Shown here one piece after another: positions 31,244-45,720 of a DNA stretch of 64,000 bases; the stretch's first letter is position 1; each line of letters opens with the position of its first letter. The notes beneath the pieces were generated by a model, which ran no database searches, had not been told where the DNA came from, and saw only the letters and a program-made list of their open reading frames with translations. Origin of the DNA: the human T2T-CHM13v2.0 reference genome, Homo sapiens; NCBI RefSeq assembly GCF_009914755.1, contig NC_060926.1; one strand, 5' to 3'. A program made the position numbers and the translations under genes.

Positions 31244-31594
31244 AAATCTCTTCCCCCCCAGTTTGTTGTATATTATTTATTCTTATTTCTTATTTATTTA
31301 TTTTTGCCTCATAAAAGTTTTAAATATAAATTTAGTAGTCACATTTAACAATCTTGTCCTGGCTTCTGAGCAGATACGCTCATTAAAAGATACGAGTAAA
31401 TAAAAGAATAAACAAATTCCTATAGCTCTCATTAATTGTACCATATTTTAGAATATACACAGTCATATTATTTTTATTATTATTTTATGTTAGGTAATAT
31501 TACTTCCTCACTGAAATTGAAAGCAGGATTTGTGATTTGGACTTCTCAGTAGGCTGATATTCTACTAAGTTCTTGAGTTCTGCCAAGCACCACC

Positions 31595-31956
31595 TGTATT
31601 AGTTCGTTCTCATGCTGTTGTAAGGAATGCCCAAGACTAGGTAATTTATAAAGGAACGAGGTTTAATTGACTCACAGTTTCACATGGCTGCGAAGGCCTC
31701 AGGAAATTTACAATCACGAGGAAAGGGGAAGCAAACACGTCCTCCTTCACATGGCGGCAGGAGAGAGAAGTGCAGAGCAAAAGCGAGAAAAGCCCCCTAT
31801 AAAACCTCAGATCTTATGAAAACTCATTCACTGTCACGAGGACAGCACGGGGGGACCGCCCTATGATCTAATCACCTCCCCCAATATGTGGAGATTACAA
31901 TTAGGATTACAATTCAAGATGAGATTTGGGTGGGGATACAGAGTCAGACCATATCA
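31595..31956 (-). mobile_element. THE1 (THE1C-like) solo LTR
   Basis: tgtattagttcgttctcatgctg...gagatttgggtggggatacagagtcagaccatatca; TG...CA ends. Confidence 0.92.
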
Positions 31957-32058
31957 CACCCATGCCTCAAAGCCCAGCTCCCATGTCTCAGGCCCACGCA
32001 GACGTAAGACACCCTGAAAACCAAGCCCATCCCAGTGCCTGCTTCCAGGCCTTCCTCC

Positions 32059-32415
32059 ATCTATGGCCTGAAAGTCTGTGTTTCCCCCAAAATTCATATG
32101 TTGAAATCTAACTGCTGAAATGATGGTACTTGGAGGTGGGGCCTTTAGTAGGTGATTACATCATGAGACCACACCCTCACGATGTGATTAGTGCCCTTAG
32201 AGAAGAGACCCCAGAGAGCTGCCTTGCCCCTTCCACCATGTGAGAATACAATGAGAAGATAGCTGTCTATGAACCAGGAAGTGGGTCCTCTCCAGGCACT
32301 GAGTCTACCAGCACCTTAATCTTGGACTTCCCAGGTTCTAGAACTGTGAGGACAAAATTTCTATTGTTTACAAGCCTATGATATTTTGTTATAGCAGCTG
32401 GAACAGACTAAGACA
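32059..32415 (+). mobile_element. MLT1A-like solo LTR
   Basis: ctatggcctgaa...cccccaaaattcatatgttgaaatc...gttatagcagctggaacagactaagaca. Confidence 0.9.
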
Positions 32416-32931
32416 CTGCACATGACAGGAGGCACAGCCCAGCCCAGTCCATAGGACCCATCAGATCCGAGGCTGAAAGAGTCCTAAAAGTTGTGCCCAA
32501 CACCCTGGCTGTAGCATGTGGTGGGACTGCAACCTCGTGGGGGTCCTTCATCCATTCCTTCAGGCCCTGGACTGAGTGCATGGAACTTGGGGAAGAGGGG
32601 CAGCATTCCTGCCTTCAGGCTGAGAGAACATGTGGGTGCCTGCACAGGTCTGTCCAGCCCTGCCTGCCACAAGCCCACGATAGGCTGCCGGCCGAGTTCT
32701 CTTGCTTGGGTCACAGGACCCTGCCTCATTTCCTGGGCCTGGGCCTGGGCTCTTTCCTGCTGACCTGCCTCATGCTCTGGGACACTCCAGCTCTCACCTT
32801 TCCACCTCCACAGGTGCTATAATTCTGTGTCTGAACCACACACTTGTTCCTGGAGCCCCAGTCCCTGCCACTCTTCTTGCTGGCCTCCCGCAAAGTGGCA
32901 TGTCAGTGACAGTACCCCAGTGGGACCCTTC

Positions 32932-33647
32932 TGTCTTAGTCTATCTGCTGTATTATCTGCTGTAATACAAGGCCATTAACTGGGTGGCTTATACACAACA
33001 GAAATTCATTTCTCACAGATCTGGGGTCTGGGAAGTCCAAGGTCAAGGTAGATTTGGTGTTTGGTGAGGACCTGCTTTCTGATTCATAGACGTGTCCTCA
33101 CGTGGTAGAAAGGGGAAGGCACCTCTCTGGGGCCTCTTTTATAAGGGCATTAATCTCATTCTTGAGGGTTCTGCCCTCATGACCTAATCATCTCCCATAG
33201 GACTCTCCACCTAATGCCATCACATTGGAGATTAGGTTTTGTAGGCGCTGAAGCAACTCCATCTTGGATGCTAGTCTGCCATGTTGACTTCTGATTAATT
33301 CCAGTTCCAGGAATGCCTCTAAGATTTCTGCTTTATCTACTGTTTACTGTAAATCCTCCACACAGGCAAACTCTTTCTGAAGCACATATATCCTTTCTTT
33401 ATGGTACATAGGCCCTGGGTCTGGGAGATGATAAGGACTTGGAGATCCACCATCTTGCCCAAGACATGCCTTCTGTTCCTAAGCCTCTATTAGATGTTTC
33501 TTTCTGAGAAACTGGATTTTGTCAGCCTCTTTCTTTGGCCTCTCAGCTCCCCTTGCCTTTAGGGGTAGGTTTGCATAGATCTGCCTGCCACAGAACAGTT
33601 TTCAACATATGGATTTTTGGGGGGACACAGGCGTTCAGTCCATAGCA
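32932..33647 (-). mobile_element. MLT1A-like solo LTR interrupted by another LTR
   Basis: tgtcttagtc...attaggttt [insert] tcaacatatggatttttggggggacacaggcgttcagtccatagca. Confidence 0.88.
33240..33597 (+). mobile_element. Nested solo LTR (LTR47-like)
   Basis: tgtagg...gctgaagcaactccatcttggatgcta...cagaaca; 4-bp TSD gttt; family name tentative. Confidence 0.7.
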
Positions 33648-33689
33648 TCTTCCCCTACATTTTGCCTGATTAACACGTATTCTTAGGAT

Positions 33690-34351
<662 letters not shown>

Positions 34352-34729
34352 GCAGTTATTTCACCTCCTTTATTGCAGATTGCTACAAATATAAACAAAA
34401 AGAAGTAAAAGCATTCCCTTCTTCTTCTGCTCCCACCTAGGGAGAAAACTGGGCTGTTTGGTAAAAGCCTTGGCGGCAGAACGTGTGCATTTGCCTGATC
34501 TCTTCAAGGCTCCCCAAGCCACACTCCTCAGAGACCGGTTCAGTGCCCACACTCCCTCCCCAGTCCCTCCCCAGGAAACAAATGTGGTGATGGCTTCCTC
34601 CTCTGCCTGCCATGGGCCCAGGCCTGAAGGAAGGAGCCATTAAGCTGAGAGAATGGGCTCTTTCCTCTCTCTTTGTTTCATTTTTAAAAATTGTTGAGTC
34701 ATTGAATGAAACAACATATGAATACATTA

Positions 34730-35080
<351 letters not shown>

Positions 35081-35317
35081 AAAACCTTGAAGCTCCCCAA
35101 AAGAAATTACTAACAGTATGTTATACATCACACACATACACATACACAAACACAAACACAAATGTGATGTCATAGTACATAAAATACTATTGTCCCATTA
35201 CTTGCTTGTTTAAATTTTTACTTTTACATATTAAATTTGACTTAGAAAAAGTTCCACGTGAGGATATACAGCTCCACTTCCTTGTTTCCAAGGGTTATGA
35301 AATATCTTATAGTAAGA

Positions 35318-35625
35318 TTTATTTATTTATTTATTATTGTTTTGAGACAGGGTCTCACTCTGTCACCCAGGCTGGAGTGCAGTGGCGTGATCACGACTCA
35401 CTGTAGTCTCAACTTCCCAGGTTCTAGCAATCCTCCCACCTAGCCTCTCAAGTAGCTAGGCACACAGGCACGTGCCACCACGCCTGGCTAATTTTTAAAT
35501 TTTTTTGTAGAGACAGAGCCTCATTATATTACCTAGGCTGGTCACAAACTCCTGGGCTCAAGTGATCCCCCCGCCTCAGCCTCCCAAAGTGCTGGGATTA
35601 CAGGTGTGAGCCACTGCACCCGGCC
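35318..35625 (-). mobile_element. Alu (AluJ-type)
   Basis: Reverse Alu with (TTTA)n tail. Confidence 0.96.
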
Positions 35626-36295
35626 TAGTAGGGTTTTAAAATCTTAGCTGGACTGGCTTTCAAATGGTGGTCCTTGAAACCCTAGCGGAATCCAAAACCC
35701 TTCAAGGAGTCCTCAAGGTCAAAATTATCTCTATAATATAATAATACTGAGCTGTCGTGCCCTGTTCACCGAGGTGGCCTTTGCACTGATAGTACAAAAG
35801 CGATGGTGTGTAAACTGCTGGCACCTCGGCATGGATCGGGGCAGAGGCCCCAGGCTGCTCTAGCAGTCACTGTGCTCCTCATCACCTGGCAAACACAGAC
35901 TCAAAAAAAGAACAGAAAGAATGTCCTTGGTGAAGCTGTAGAAATTACTAATTTTATAAAATCTCAACCTTTGAGTACATGTCCTTTTAATATTCTGCAC
36001 GAGGAACTGGGAAGTGATCACATGCGACATTTGAAGAAAAGCACTTGCATCACGCAGGTGCAGGCTGAACTAGCAGCGTTTTTCAGGGAGTGTCGTTTTT
36101 ACTTGCAAAGGACAACTGACAAACAAGTGCTGCTTATTCCCACTTAGATGTTTGACAAACATTTCCACAAAATCAACCGAGGAGGCTGTTGCTTCAAGGA
36201 AAACAACTGACAGCATTTGTTGGCAAAAAAACCAAATTGAGTTTTCAACTGAAAAATTAGAATTTAGAAAATTTGTATCTGCCACCTTCAGCTAA

Positions 36296-36653
<358 letters not shown>

Positions 36654-36879
36654 TGTTTTTTAATATTGTATGATGAAACATATCAACATTTGGACGCTCT
36701 ATATCACTCAGTGAACCAATACTTTGCAAATAACAAATGCATTATGTTACAAAATCATGCATGGGTAAGAGATGCATTGAAAGTAGCAGATAAAATAATG
36801 GATTTTAATGTAACCAAGCATAAAAAGTTCATTGATGGAACTCAGATTCTCCACTGCAACTACCTCTAAGAAACTACCC

Positions 36880-37158
36880 TTTTTTTTTTTTTGAGACGGA
36901 GTCTTGCTTTGTGCAGTGGCACAATCTCGGCTCACTGCAACCTCCGCCTCCTGGATTGAATCTATCCTCCTGTCTCAGCCTCCCGAGTAGCTAGGACTAC
37001 AGGCGCCCGCCACCACACCCAGTTATTTTTGTATTTGTCGTAGAGATGGGGTTTCACTACATTGGTCAGGCTGGTCTCAAACTCCTGACCTCAGGTGATC
37101 TGCCCGCCTCAGCCTCCCAAAGTGCTGGGATGACAGGGGTGAGCCACTGTGCCCGGCC
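36880..37158 (-). mobile_element. Alu (AluS-type)
   Basis: Reverse Alu with small deletion. Confidence 0.95.
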
Positions 37159-37345
37159 TAGCTATTCTTTAAATTCTGCAAACAAACCAAAATATCACAA
37201 TGGATTGAATTTAAAAGCAGGTACAGGTTTTCCAACTGTAAAACAGTGCCACTCTTCTCAGGAAATTTATTTTTGTTTTGAAAAATACAATTATATTTCA
37301 GAAGGTATATTAATGTGTAGTGGATAATCATTATTTCCTCTTCGT

Positions 37346-37620
37346 CTTTTTTTTCTCTCACCCAGGCTGGAGTGCAGTGGCGTGATTGCTGCTAACTGCG
37401 GCCTCCACCTCTTGGGCTCAAATGATCCTCCCACTCCAGCCTCCCCAAGTAGCTGGGACAACAGGTGGGTACCACTATGCCTGGCTAATTTTTGTATTTT
37501 TTGTAGAGATGGGGTTTCACCATGTTCTCCAGTCTGGTCTCAAACTCCTGAGATCGGGTGATCTGCCTGCCTCACCCTCCCAAAGTGCTGGGATTACAGG
37601 CATGAGCCACCATGCCTGGC
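37346..37620 (-). mobile_element. Alu (AluJ-type)
   Basis: Reverse Alu. Confidence 0.94.
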
Positions 37621-38144
37621 ATTATTTTCAATTCATTAATAAACATACGTTTTAAAACTTTTATCTATTTTAATTTCCAGTATGGTAAATATTGATAGAT
37701 ATAACCTGCATAATTAAAAGCTCTTTGGATTTTTTGATACTTTTTAAGAATGTAAAGATGTCCTGAGACCAAAAAATTGAAAACAATTGCTACAGATAAT
37801 GCATTGTCAGACCTGGAGGCTGGTCGTAACACTTGACCCTGCTTTAGCCAGAACAGGTAGCTTAAGAGTCATTCAGGGACCAGATATCTCTGACAATTAT
37901 CTATGTCCCTGTCTCTGGCAGACCCTCCTCTACCCAACAAACACACACACACTCCTACTCTTTTGTGTTCTAGGAAATCAGGTAAATAGATTTGTTAAAA
38001 TTAAGTGTAAATTTGAATCAATAGACTTCAAACAAGGAAAAAAGAGAGTAAAGTGCTTAAATTTTATAACACCTATTTAGGAAACTCGGAAGCACTGTTT
38101 AACAAACTTAGAGATTCCCAATTTTTCTGGGAAAATGTCCCTTA

Positions 38145-38627
38145 TTGCTTTCCCACGCAGAGTAGTGGTCCATGAAGCAGTAAGACCAACAGCATCTGTA
38201 GCTTGTTAAGGATGCAAATTCATGATTTCTTACCCCAGGCTAAGTCAGGATACACATTTTAAGAAGATACTGGCCGGGCGCAGTGGCTCACGCCTGTAAT
38301 CCTAACATTTTGGGAGGCCGAGGCAGGTGGATCACTTGAGGCCATGAGTTCAAGACCAGCCTAGCCAACATGGTGAAACCCCATCTCAACTAAAAAAAAA
38401 AAAAAAATACAAAAATGAGCTGGGCGTGGTGTCACATGCCTGTAATCCCAGCTACTCCGGAGGCTGAGGGAAGAGAATTGCTTGAACCTGACAGGCGCAG
38501 GTTACGGTGAGTGGAGATGGTGCCACTGCACTCCAGCCTGGGCTACAGAGTGAGACTGTCTCAAAAAAAAAAAAAAAAATCCCAATGTAATGTTTATGCA
38601 CATTAAAGTTTGTGAAGCACTGCTCTA
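38145..38627. mobile_element. MER5-family DNA transposon interrupted by Alu
   Basis: agcttgttaaggatgcaaatt...cacattttaagaag [Alu] tatgcacattaaagtttgtgaagcactgctcta. Confidence 0.65.
38272..38579 (+). mobile_element. Alu (AluS-type)
   Basis: Full Alu, expanded linker. Confidence 0.97.
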
Positions 38628-38947
38628 ATATGAGGATTTTATAATCTAGAGTCTAAAATTCAAAAACACTTCTAATTTCCAGGATGGTTGACAGGCTATT
38701 TGGAACAATCTTCCTACTGAAAGAAACTAAAAAATATGAGTAAGACGTGTCTTGATGAAAGCATTAAAGAAATATTAAGACACCAAGAAACCACCACATC
38801 AAAAATGAAGGGAACATTCGTTCAGAGAAGTAAGCCAGAATTAGAATGCTCTTTCTCTGAGGTCATTTGCTAAAACCAGAAAATTAGAACCTAAGATTCT
38901 CAAGATGAGAAATATAGAATTAAAATCTGTAAATGGAAAAACCCCTG

Positions 38948-39486
38948 TGTTACTAGTGGAGAGTCTTGACTACGAGTTGTCCAGGTTCTTGGCATTTTGA
39001 ACAAAAAATTAGACAAAACGCAAAAACAAAGCAATGAAAGAATGAAGCAACAAAAGCACAGATTTATTGAAACAAAAGTACGCCCCACAGACCGAGAACA
39101 CTCCAATAATCAGCACGCAAGAGTGGGGGGTTATAGACTTTTCTGGGGTTTAAATACCCTCTAGAGGTTTCCCATTGGTTACTTGGTTTACACCCTATGT
39201 AAATGAAGTAGTGGCCCACAACCAGTCTGATTGGTCGTGGAAGCGACCAATCAGAAGCTGAAATGAAGTTACAAAGTTATACCCCTATGCAAATTAAGAC
39301 TAGGCCCACGACCAGTCTCATTGGTCGCAGGAAGGGACCAGTCAGAAGTATTTTCATTTTTCATCTGTGAGGCAGAAAAAGGGGAGAGGGGTTACAAAAA
39401 GGAGTTTTTCCTTTTGATTCAGTTCTGGGAAATCAGTGTGAACCCGCCTTAGGTTCCCTGCCTCCAGACCGTATTCTCCTGCCTCA
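38948..39486 (-). mobile_element. MER51 (ERV1) solo LTR
   Basis: Ends gccttaggttccctgcctccagaccgtattctcctgcctca; TG...CA; 4-bp TSD cctg at 38944-47 and 39487-90. Confidence 0.88.
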
Positions 39487-40839
39487 CCTGGGTCAGAAAC
39501 TCTCAAGCCTTGAACCTGGTGCCTAGAAGGAACAAATATATATCCTCTTTGGGGAGGCGTCTTTATCAATGGGTGGCAAATTATTCCTTTTGAATACAAT
39601 GAGCAGACCTGTCACAGACAATTAGGCTCTCACAGAAAATAGGCAAGAACCAGAGTATTAGAAGCTATAGTGACTAACAAAATCAAATGCAGGCTTGAAG
39701 ATTCTTTAGGCAATAGGAATCTTTCAGAAGTCACATAGAAAATTTGAGAAAGAACCTCATAGAACTTGTAGAAATAATAAAATGCAATAATTGAAATAAA
39801 AACCAAAAGGACGGATTTCATAGCAGTTTGTACATAGCAGAAGAGATATATTAGTGAATTGTAAAATAGGTTAGAAAAACGTTTCCGGAGTGCAGCATGG
39901 AAAGACAAAAAGATGGAAGATTCCAGTGACAAGGCAAGAGATATAGAGCGAAAAAGCCCAATATAGGCTGAAAGCCTAGAAAGAGAAGAGAAAGACAATG
40001 TGGCAGAGGTGATATTTGAGGAGATCATGGCTGAGAATTTTGTGGAACTAATAAAAGGCATCGATCCGCAAATTAAAGAATCACAGTGAATCCTAAACTG
40101 GATAAATAAAATGAAATCTACACTGCAATACGTCACCGTGAAACTTCAGAAAAACCACCAGAAAGTGATAACCTGGGAAGTAGCTAGAGAGAAAAATGCA
40201 CACGAGCCAGAGGGACTGAGAGCTGACTTCTCAAAGCAACTCTAGAAGCCCAAGATAACAATTCAACGGGCTGGCAATAATTGCTAACTTAGACTCCCAC
40301 ACTCCACACAAACGTCTTTCAGAAATAAAGACAGTTTCATACAAGGACAGTTGAGAGAGTTTGTCACACAAAGACTTAAATTCTAAAGGATGTACTTCAG
40401 TTAGAAAAAGGATAATTCCAGTTGGAAAGTCTGTGGTACAAAAGGAAATGAGGAACAAAGAAACTGGTGAATGTGTGAATAAATCTAAATGAACACAGAC
40501 TACACTAGGCAATGATCATAATGTCCTGAAGGGCTTAAAAATAGAATTAAAATACATGAAAACAGTTGCAGATAAGTTGAGGGAGGAATAAATGCAGTTA
40601 AATGGAGAGGGGAGGGCTAAAATATTGATTAATGTTAGACTTGGTTAAGCTAAGAATGCATGTTGCAATTTCAACAGTAAACTCTGAATAAATGGAAACA
40701 GTGTATGTAACTTCCAAATGAATAAAAGGGAAAAGTAGAATGCTAAAAAATAATCAATCTAAGAGAAGGCTAGATATGAGAGAAAAAGAAACATAAAATA
40801 GGCAGGACAACTAGAAAGTATAAAGATAGAGAGCCAGGT

Positions 40840-41017
40840 GGCCAGGTGCGGTGGCATACACCTGTAGTATGTACTACTTAATGGCTGAGGCAGGAGGATC
40901 CCTTGAGCCCAAGAGTTCCAGGCTATAGCATGTGCCATGACTGTGCGTGTGAATAGCAACTGCACTCCGGCCTGGGTAATATAGCAACACTCCATTTCTT
41001 TAAAAAAAAAAAAAAAA
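40840..41017 (+). mobile_element. FAM (fossil Alu monomer)
   Basis: Monomer containing gtgaatagcaactgcactcc, typical of FAM, plus poly-A. Confidence 0.85.
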
Positions 41018-41068
41018 GGCAGATTAAAAAACACTTTTTATTACAGGAAATTAAGTACCACAAAAATA

Positions 41069-41379
41069 GGCCAGGCATGGTACCTCACACCAGTAATCCG
41101 GACATTTTGGAAGATTGAGGTAGGAAGATTGCTGAAGCCCAGGAGTTTGAGACTAGCCTGGGCAACACTGTAAAACCTTGTCTCTGAAAAAAAAAATTAA
41201 ATTAAATCAAAATTAGCCAGGTATGGTGGTATAGGCCTGTAGTCTAGCTACTTTGGAGCCTGAGGCAGGAGGATTGCTTGATCCCAGCAGCTCGAGGTTG
41301 CCGTGAGCTATGACCGTAACACTGCATTTCAGCGTGGGCAACAGATTGAGACCCTGTCTCTAAATAAATAAAAACAAAA
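41069..41379 (+). mobile_element. Alu (AluJ-type)
   Basis: Diverged dimeric Alu. Confidence 0.95.
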
Positions 41380-41575
41380 TATACAGAATAGTATAATGAA
41401 CCTTATGCATCCATTATTCTAATACTTAACAGTCTAGTTTCATTTATCTTTCACACTTTTTCCTAAAGTATTTTAAAACAAATCTCAGACATCATGTTAT
41501 TTTATTCATAAACATTGTAGAGTGTATTTTTATTAAAGACTTTAAAATTATAATACTAAAATACCATTATCACAA
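41380..41575 (-). mobile_element. L1MC-like 3' fragment
   Basis: agaatagtataatgaacc...tattttaaaacaaatctcagacatcatgttatttt, same type as at 11.2 kb. Confidence 0.6.
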
Positions 41576-41643
41576 AAATGGTATATTTAAATAGAAATAT
41601 ATCAGAAATTATGTAAAATGTAAATAGATTAGATAATCTTGTC

Positions 41644-41950
<307 letters not shown>

Positions 41951-42202
41951 TAATCTTGTTACAAAAGACAAAAATCGTGAAACTATTTGTTTTTTTTAAA
42001 CCCACTGTATGCTATTTACATCTTAAATAAAAGGATTCAGGAACGTTGCAAGTACATAATGGAAAAAGATATGTAAATAATAACCAGAATAAAATATGTG
42101 CAGATAATGAAAGAAAAAGATGTTTTACATACATGATAGAGAAAAGGTGGGCAAAGTTCTAACGCCAACAGCTTCTACTTCCCAGGAGTTGGATCCACAT
42201 TC

Positions 42203-42488
42203 TTTTTTTTTTTTTTTTTCATTTTATTTTTATTTTTAGAGACAGGGTCTACGGCAGGAGGACTGCAGTGGTATGATCATAGCTCACTGCACCCTTGAAC
42301 TCCTGGGCTCAAGTGATGCTCCTCAGTAGCTAGGACTACAGGCATGAACCACCACGGAGTTTTTTCGATTTTTTGTAGAGGGCGTCTCGTCAAATTGCCC
42401 AGGCTAGTCTTGAACTGGCCTCAAGCGATCCTCCCGCCTTGGCCTCTCAAAACACTGGGATTGCAGGCATGAGAGGCTGCATCTAGCG
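42203..42488 (-). mobile_element. Alu (AluJ-type, degraded)
   Basis: Reverse Alu with several deletions. Confidence 0.9.
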
Positions 42489-42744
42489 AGCTAGGAGTAA
42501 ACCTTAGCTCTGCTCACAAATGAAGAACAAGGACTTAGGAAGCTGACTGGCTGGCCAGAGATGCTGCTGATGAGGGACAGAGGCCCCAACACTCAGAGGA
42601 GTACCCCTTCCACTTGCCGCGAGGCCTTCCTAGGCCTGAGAAGGGGAAGGTAGGGGGGTTTCTGGGAAGGAGATGGAGGCTCAAACTTTTGTTAACAAGA
42701 TGGACTTCTTCGTCCCTGTTATAGATAGAGCTTGGGGGTCATTA

Positions 42745-43096
<352 letters not shown>

Positions 43097-43669
43097 AAGC
43101 GAGGGCAAGAGTGGGGAAGCACTGGCTCCAGTGTTCCTTCACAAACGACAACTGAGAGGGACAGGAAAAATAAATGCTGTGTGCCCCCTTGGTGTTCACG
43201 CTCCTTGAGCTCCTGTTGGTGAGGTCTTTCCTGGTGGAGGGCAGTGGGGAGGCAGTGTGAGAAGGGGGTGCTCAGGCCTTGGCCCCAGGCAGGAAGAGTG
43301 CAGCTTAGTCCCTTTGGCTCCTTTGTGGACTCTGTGGCCCTGACACCCCAGGACCCCAGGCAGGTCCTGAGGCAACCTCGGAATATTTTGTTTCAGGTGC
43401 TTCCTGCAAATCAGCCTCAATCTGATTTCACTCGCGCGGTCTAACAACAGAAAGGGATTATAGGAAGGAAATGCGGCCCCTGGGGGATTCAGAATCTGTG
43501 GCTCATCCAGACCAGTCCAGATCCATCTGAGAGGAAACCAGTGTAGCTTCACAGCGAGTCCTAGCAGATTCCTCCCCAGTTACGCCAGCCTCCTCATGCT
43601 GGCCAGAAGGAGCTGGGATGCAGGATCCTGAGTTGAAATTCAGCCTCATGGACACAAACAACATTAGGT

Positions 43670-43835
43670 TACACACACACCAGCACACACACACCCACGT
43701 ACACATCCCCACTTGGGCCTAGTCAAATAAATATACAGACCTTTTAGTTTCACTCCCTCCTCAACCAAGACTTGAGTTTTAGCTACACACAGACACACAC
43801 ACACACACACAAAACCACTTGCATACACAGACATA
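43670..43835. repeat. (CA)n-rich tracts
   Basis: Two interrupted CA runs. Confidence 0.85.
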
Positions 43836-44179
43836 CTGTGCTATTCCAATAAGCTTCCCTTCCTGGGTTGGTGGTGGGGACCAGCTAGTGATGGCGGGAG
43901 TGGAGGTAGCAGAGCCTGGGGCTCCCCCTAGCCTAGCAGAGTGATGAGAAGCAGGACCCGTCCAGGAAAAGAGCCACCCACCCACTGCAGCCAGCAGCCT
44001 CGCTCTTCCCAGTAGGGAGGCACATGGAACCCATCGTGCTTAATTTTCCTAAAAAAGGTTTCTCTTCAGATCATATAAATCTTTTGCCTCTTACTAAAAA
44101 GCCAAGTGCAGTGAGATCGCTCTCACATGAAAGCTGTCATGAGTCCAGTTTACTCTGTGCGTCCTTAATGTGACGCCTG

Positions 44180-44375
44180 AGGGCAGTCGGTGCTGTGGAA
44201 AGCACAGGCTTCGGAGCTAAACCCACCAGATTTCTGACCTGGATTTGATGCTCGATTTGGTGCTCTCCACCCTCTGAGCCTCAGTCTCATCACCTGTAAA
44301 ATGGGGATAGCATAGCAACCTCATTCATAAAGGATGGTTCCTGGAACACAGTAGTTGCTCAATAAATATTGATTT
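44180..44375 (+). mobile_element. MIR
   Basis: ctctgagcctcagtctcatcacctgtaaaatggggatag...cctggaacacagtagttgctcaataaatatt. Confidence 0.8.
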
Positions 44376-44752
44376 TATGTCTTCCCAAATTTCTGGCCTT
44401 CAAATGACATCTGCTTGCCTGGGTCTTTAGAGCCGAGAATGGAGTCCTGAGACCAGCAGAGACCTCACCTTTGACAGTTCAGGAATTGAATCTTGTCACC
44501 CATCTCCCTCCCTCCCACCATTGCCTCACCTGGCTTGGCCACCATCTTCACAGTCCCTCTCTCTAGCCCCTCTTCCAGATTAAACTCTGTGGTTCAGTGT
44601 GAAAGGGCCAAGGGGCAGGGAGACAGTTTGAGGAGAAAGCCCAGGCCTGGCTGCCACTGGGAGGGACAAATGCAGGCTCCCCACAGCCAGACCTGACCCA
44701 CGAGGGAGGGTGGGACACAGACTCTGGTGGTGTGCCCCCAGAGGTCACGTGA

Positions 44753-45209
<457 letters not shown>

Positions 45210-45329
45210 TGACCAAGGAGACTGCTGGATTAATGAAATTGCACCATCTTTTGAAAGGGCCTCAAGGAGAGTTCAGTCCTGAGTTAGCCTTGGCATTAAA
45301 AATAAAACTGTACTTCTGTTCAGACTCAT

Positions 45330-45720
45330 CCATTGCAGTGAGAATGATCTGGGTGGGCTTCGAATATCAAAAGCCTCCAAGGGGAATGGCTTAGAGGGTG
45401 AGCAATCTGTGATCTCACGTGACAAGCAGTCCAGAGCCATGGACTCCAGTTCTTTACTTTTTTCTTCTCTGCTGTCCTTAGCCCTCAGGTTGAGGCCCTT
45501 CCTGGCAAAGCTGCCCTAGGCCCAGATGTCACATATGCATGACAACGTCCGGGGACCATTTGCCCCAGCAGATTCCCTTTCATTTCTGATTGGCCGGCAA
45601 GTGGCTGAGGATCGTCTTACTCGCACCCTGGTGCTGGGCGCTGACCACCTCCCGAAGCACTTGGCCAGGGGGAGAGGATGCTGGACACAATCAGGTTCTC
45701 CTGGGGGGAGGAGGGAGGGA
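45330..45720 (-). mobile_element. MLT1-family LTR fragment
   Basis: tctcacgtgacaagcagtccagag...gccccagcagattccctttcatttctgattggcc. Confidence 0.5.

Noticed and set aside
39630-40136. 168-aa hydrophobic minus-strand ORF
   Set aside because: Antisense reading of A-rich L1 ORF1 remnant.
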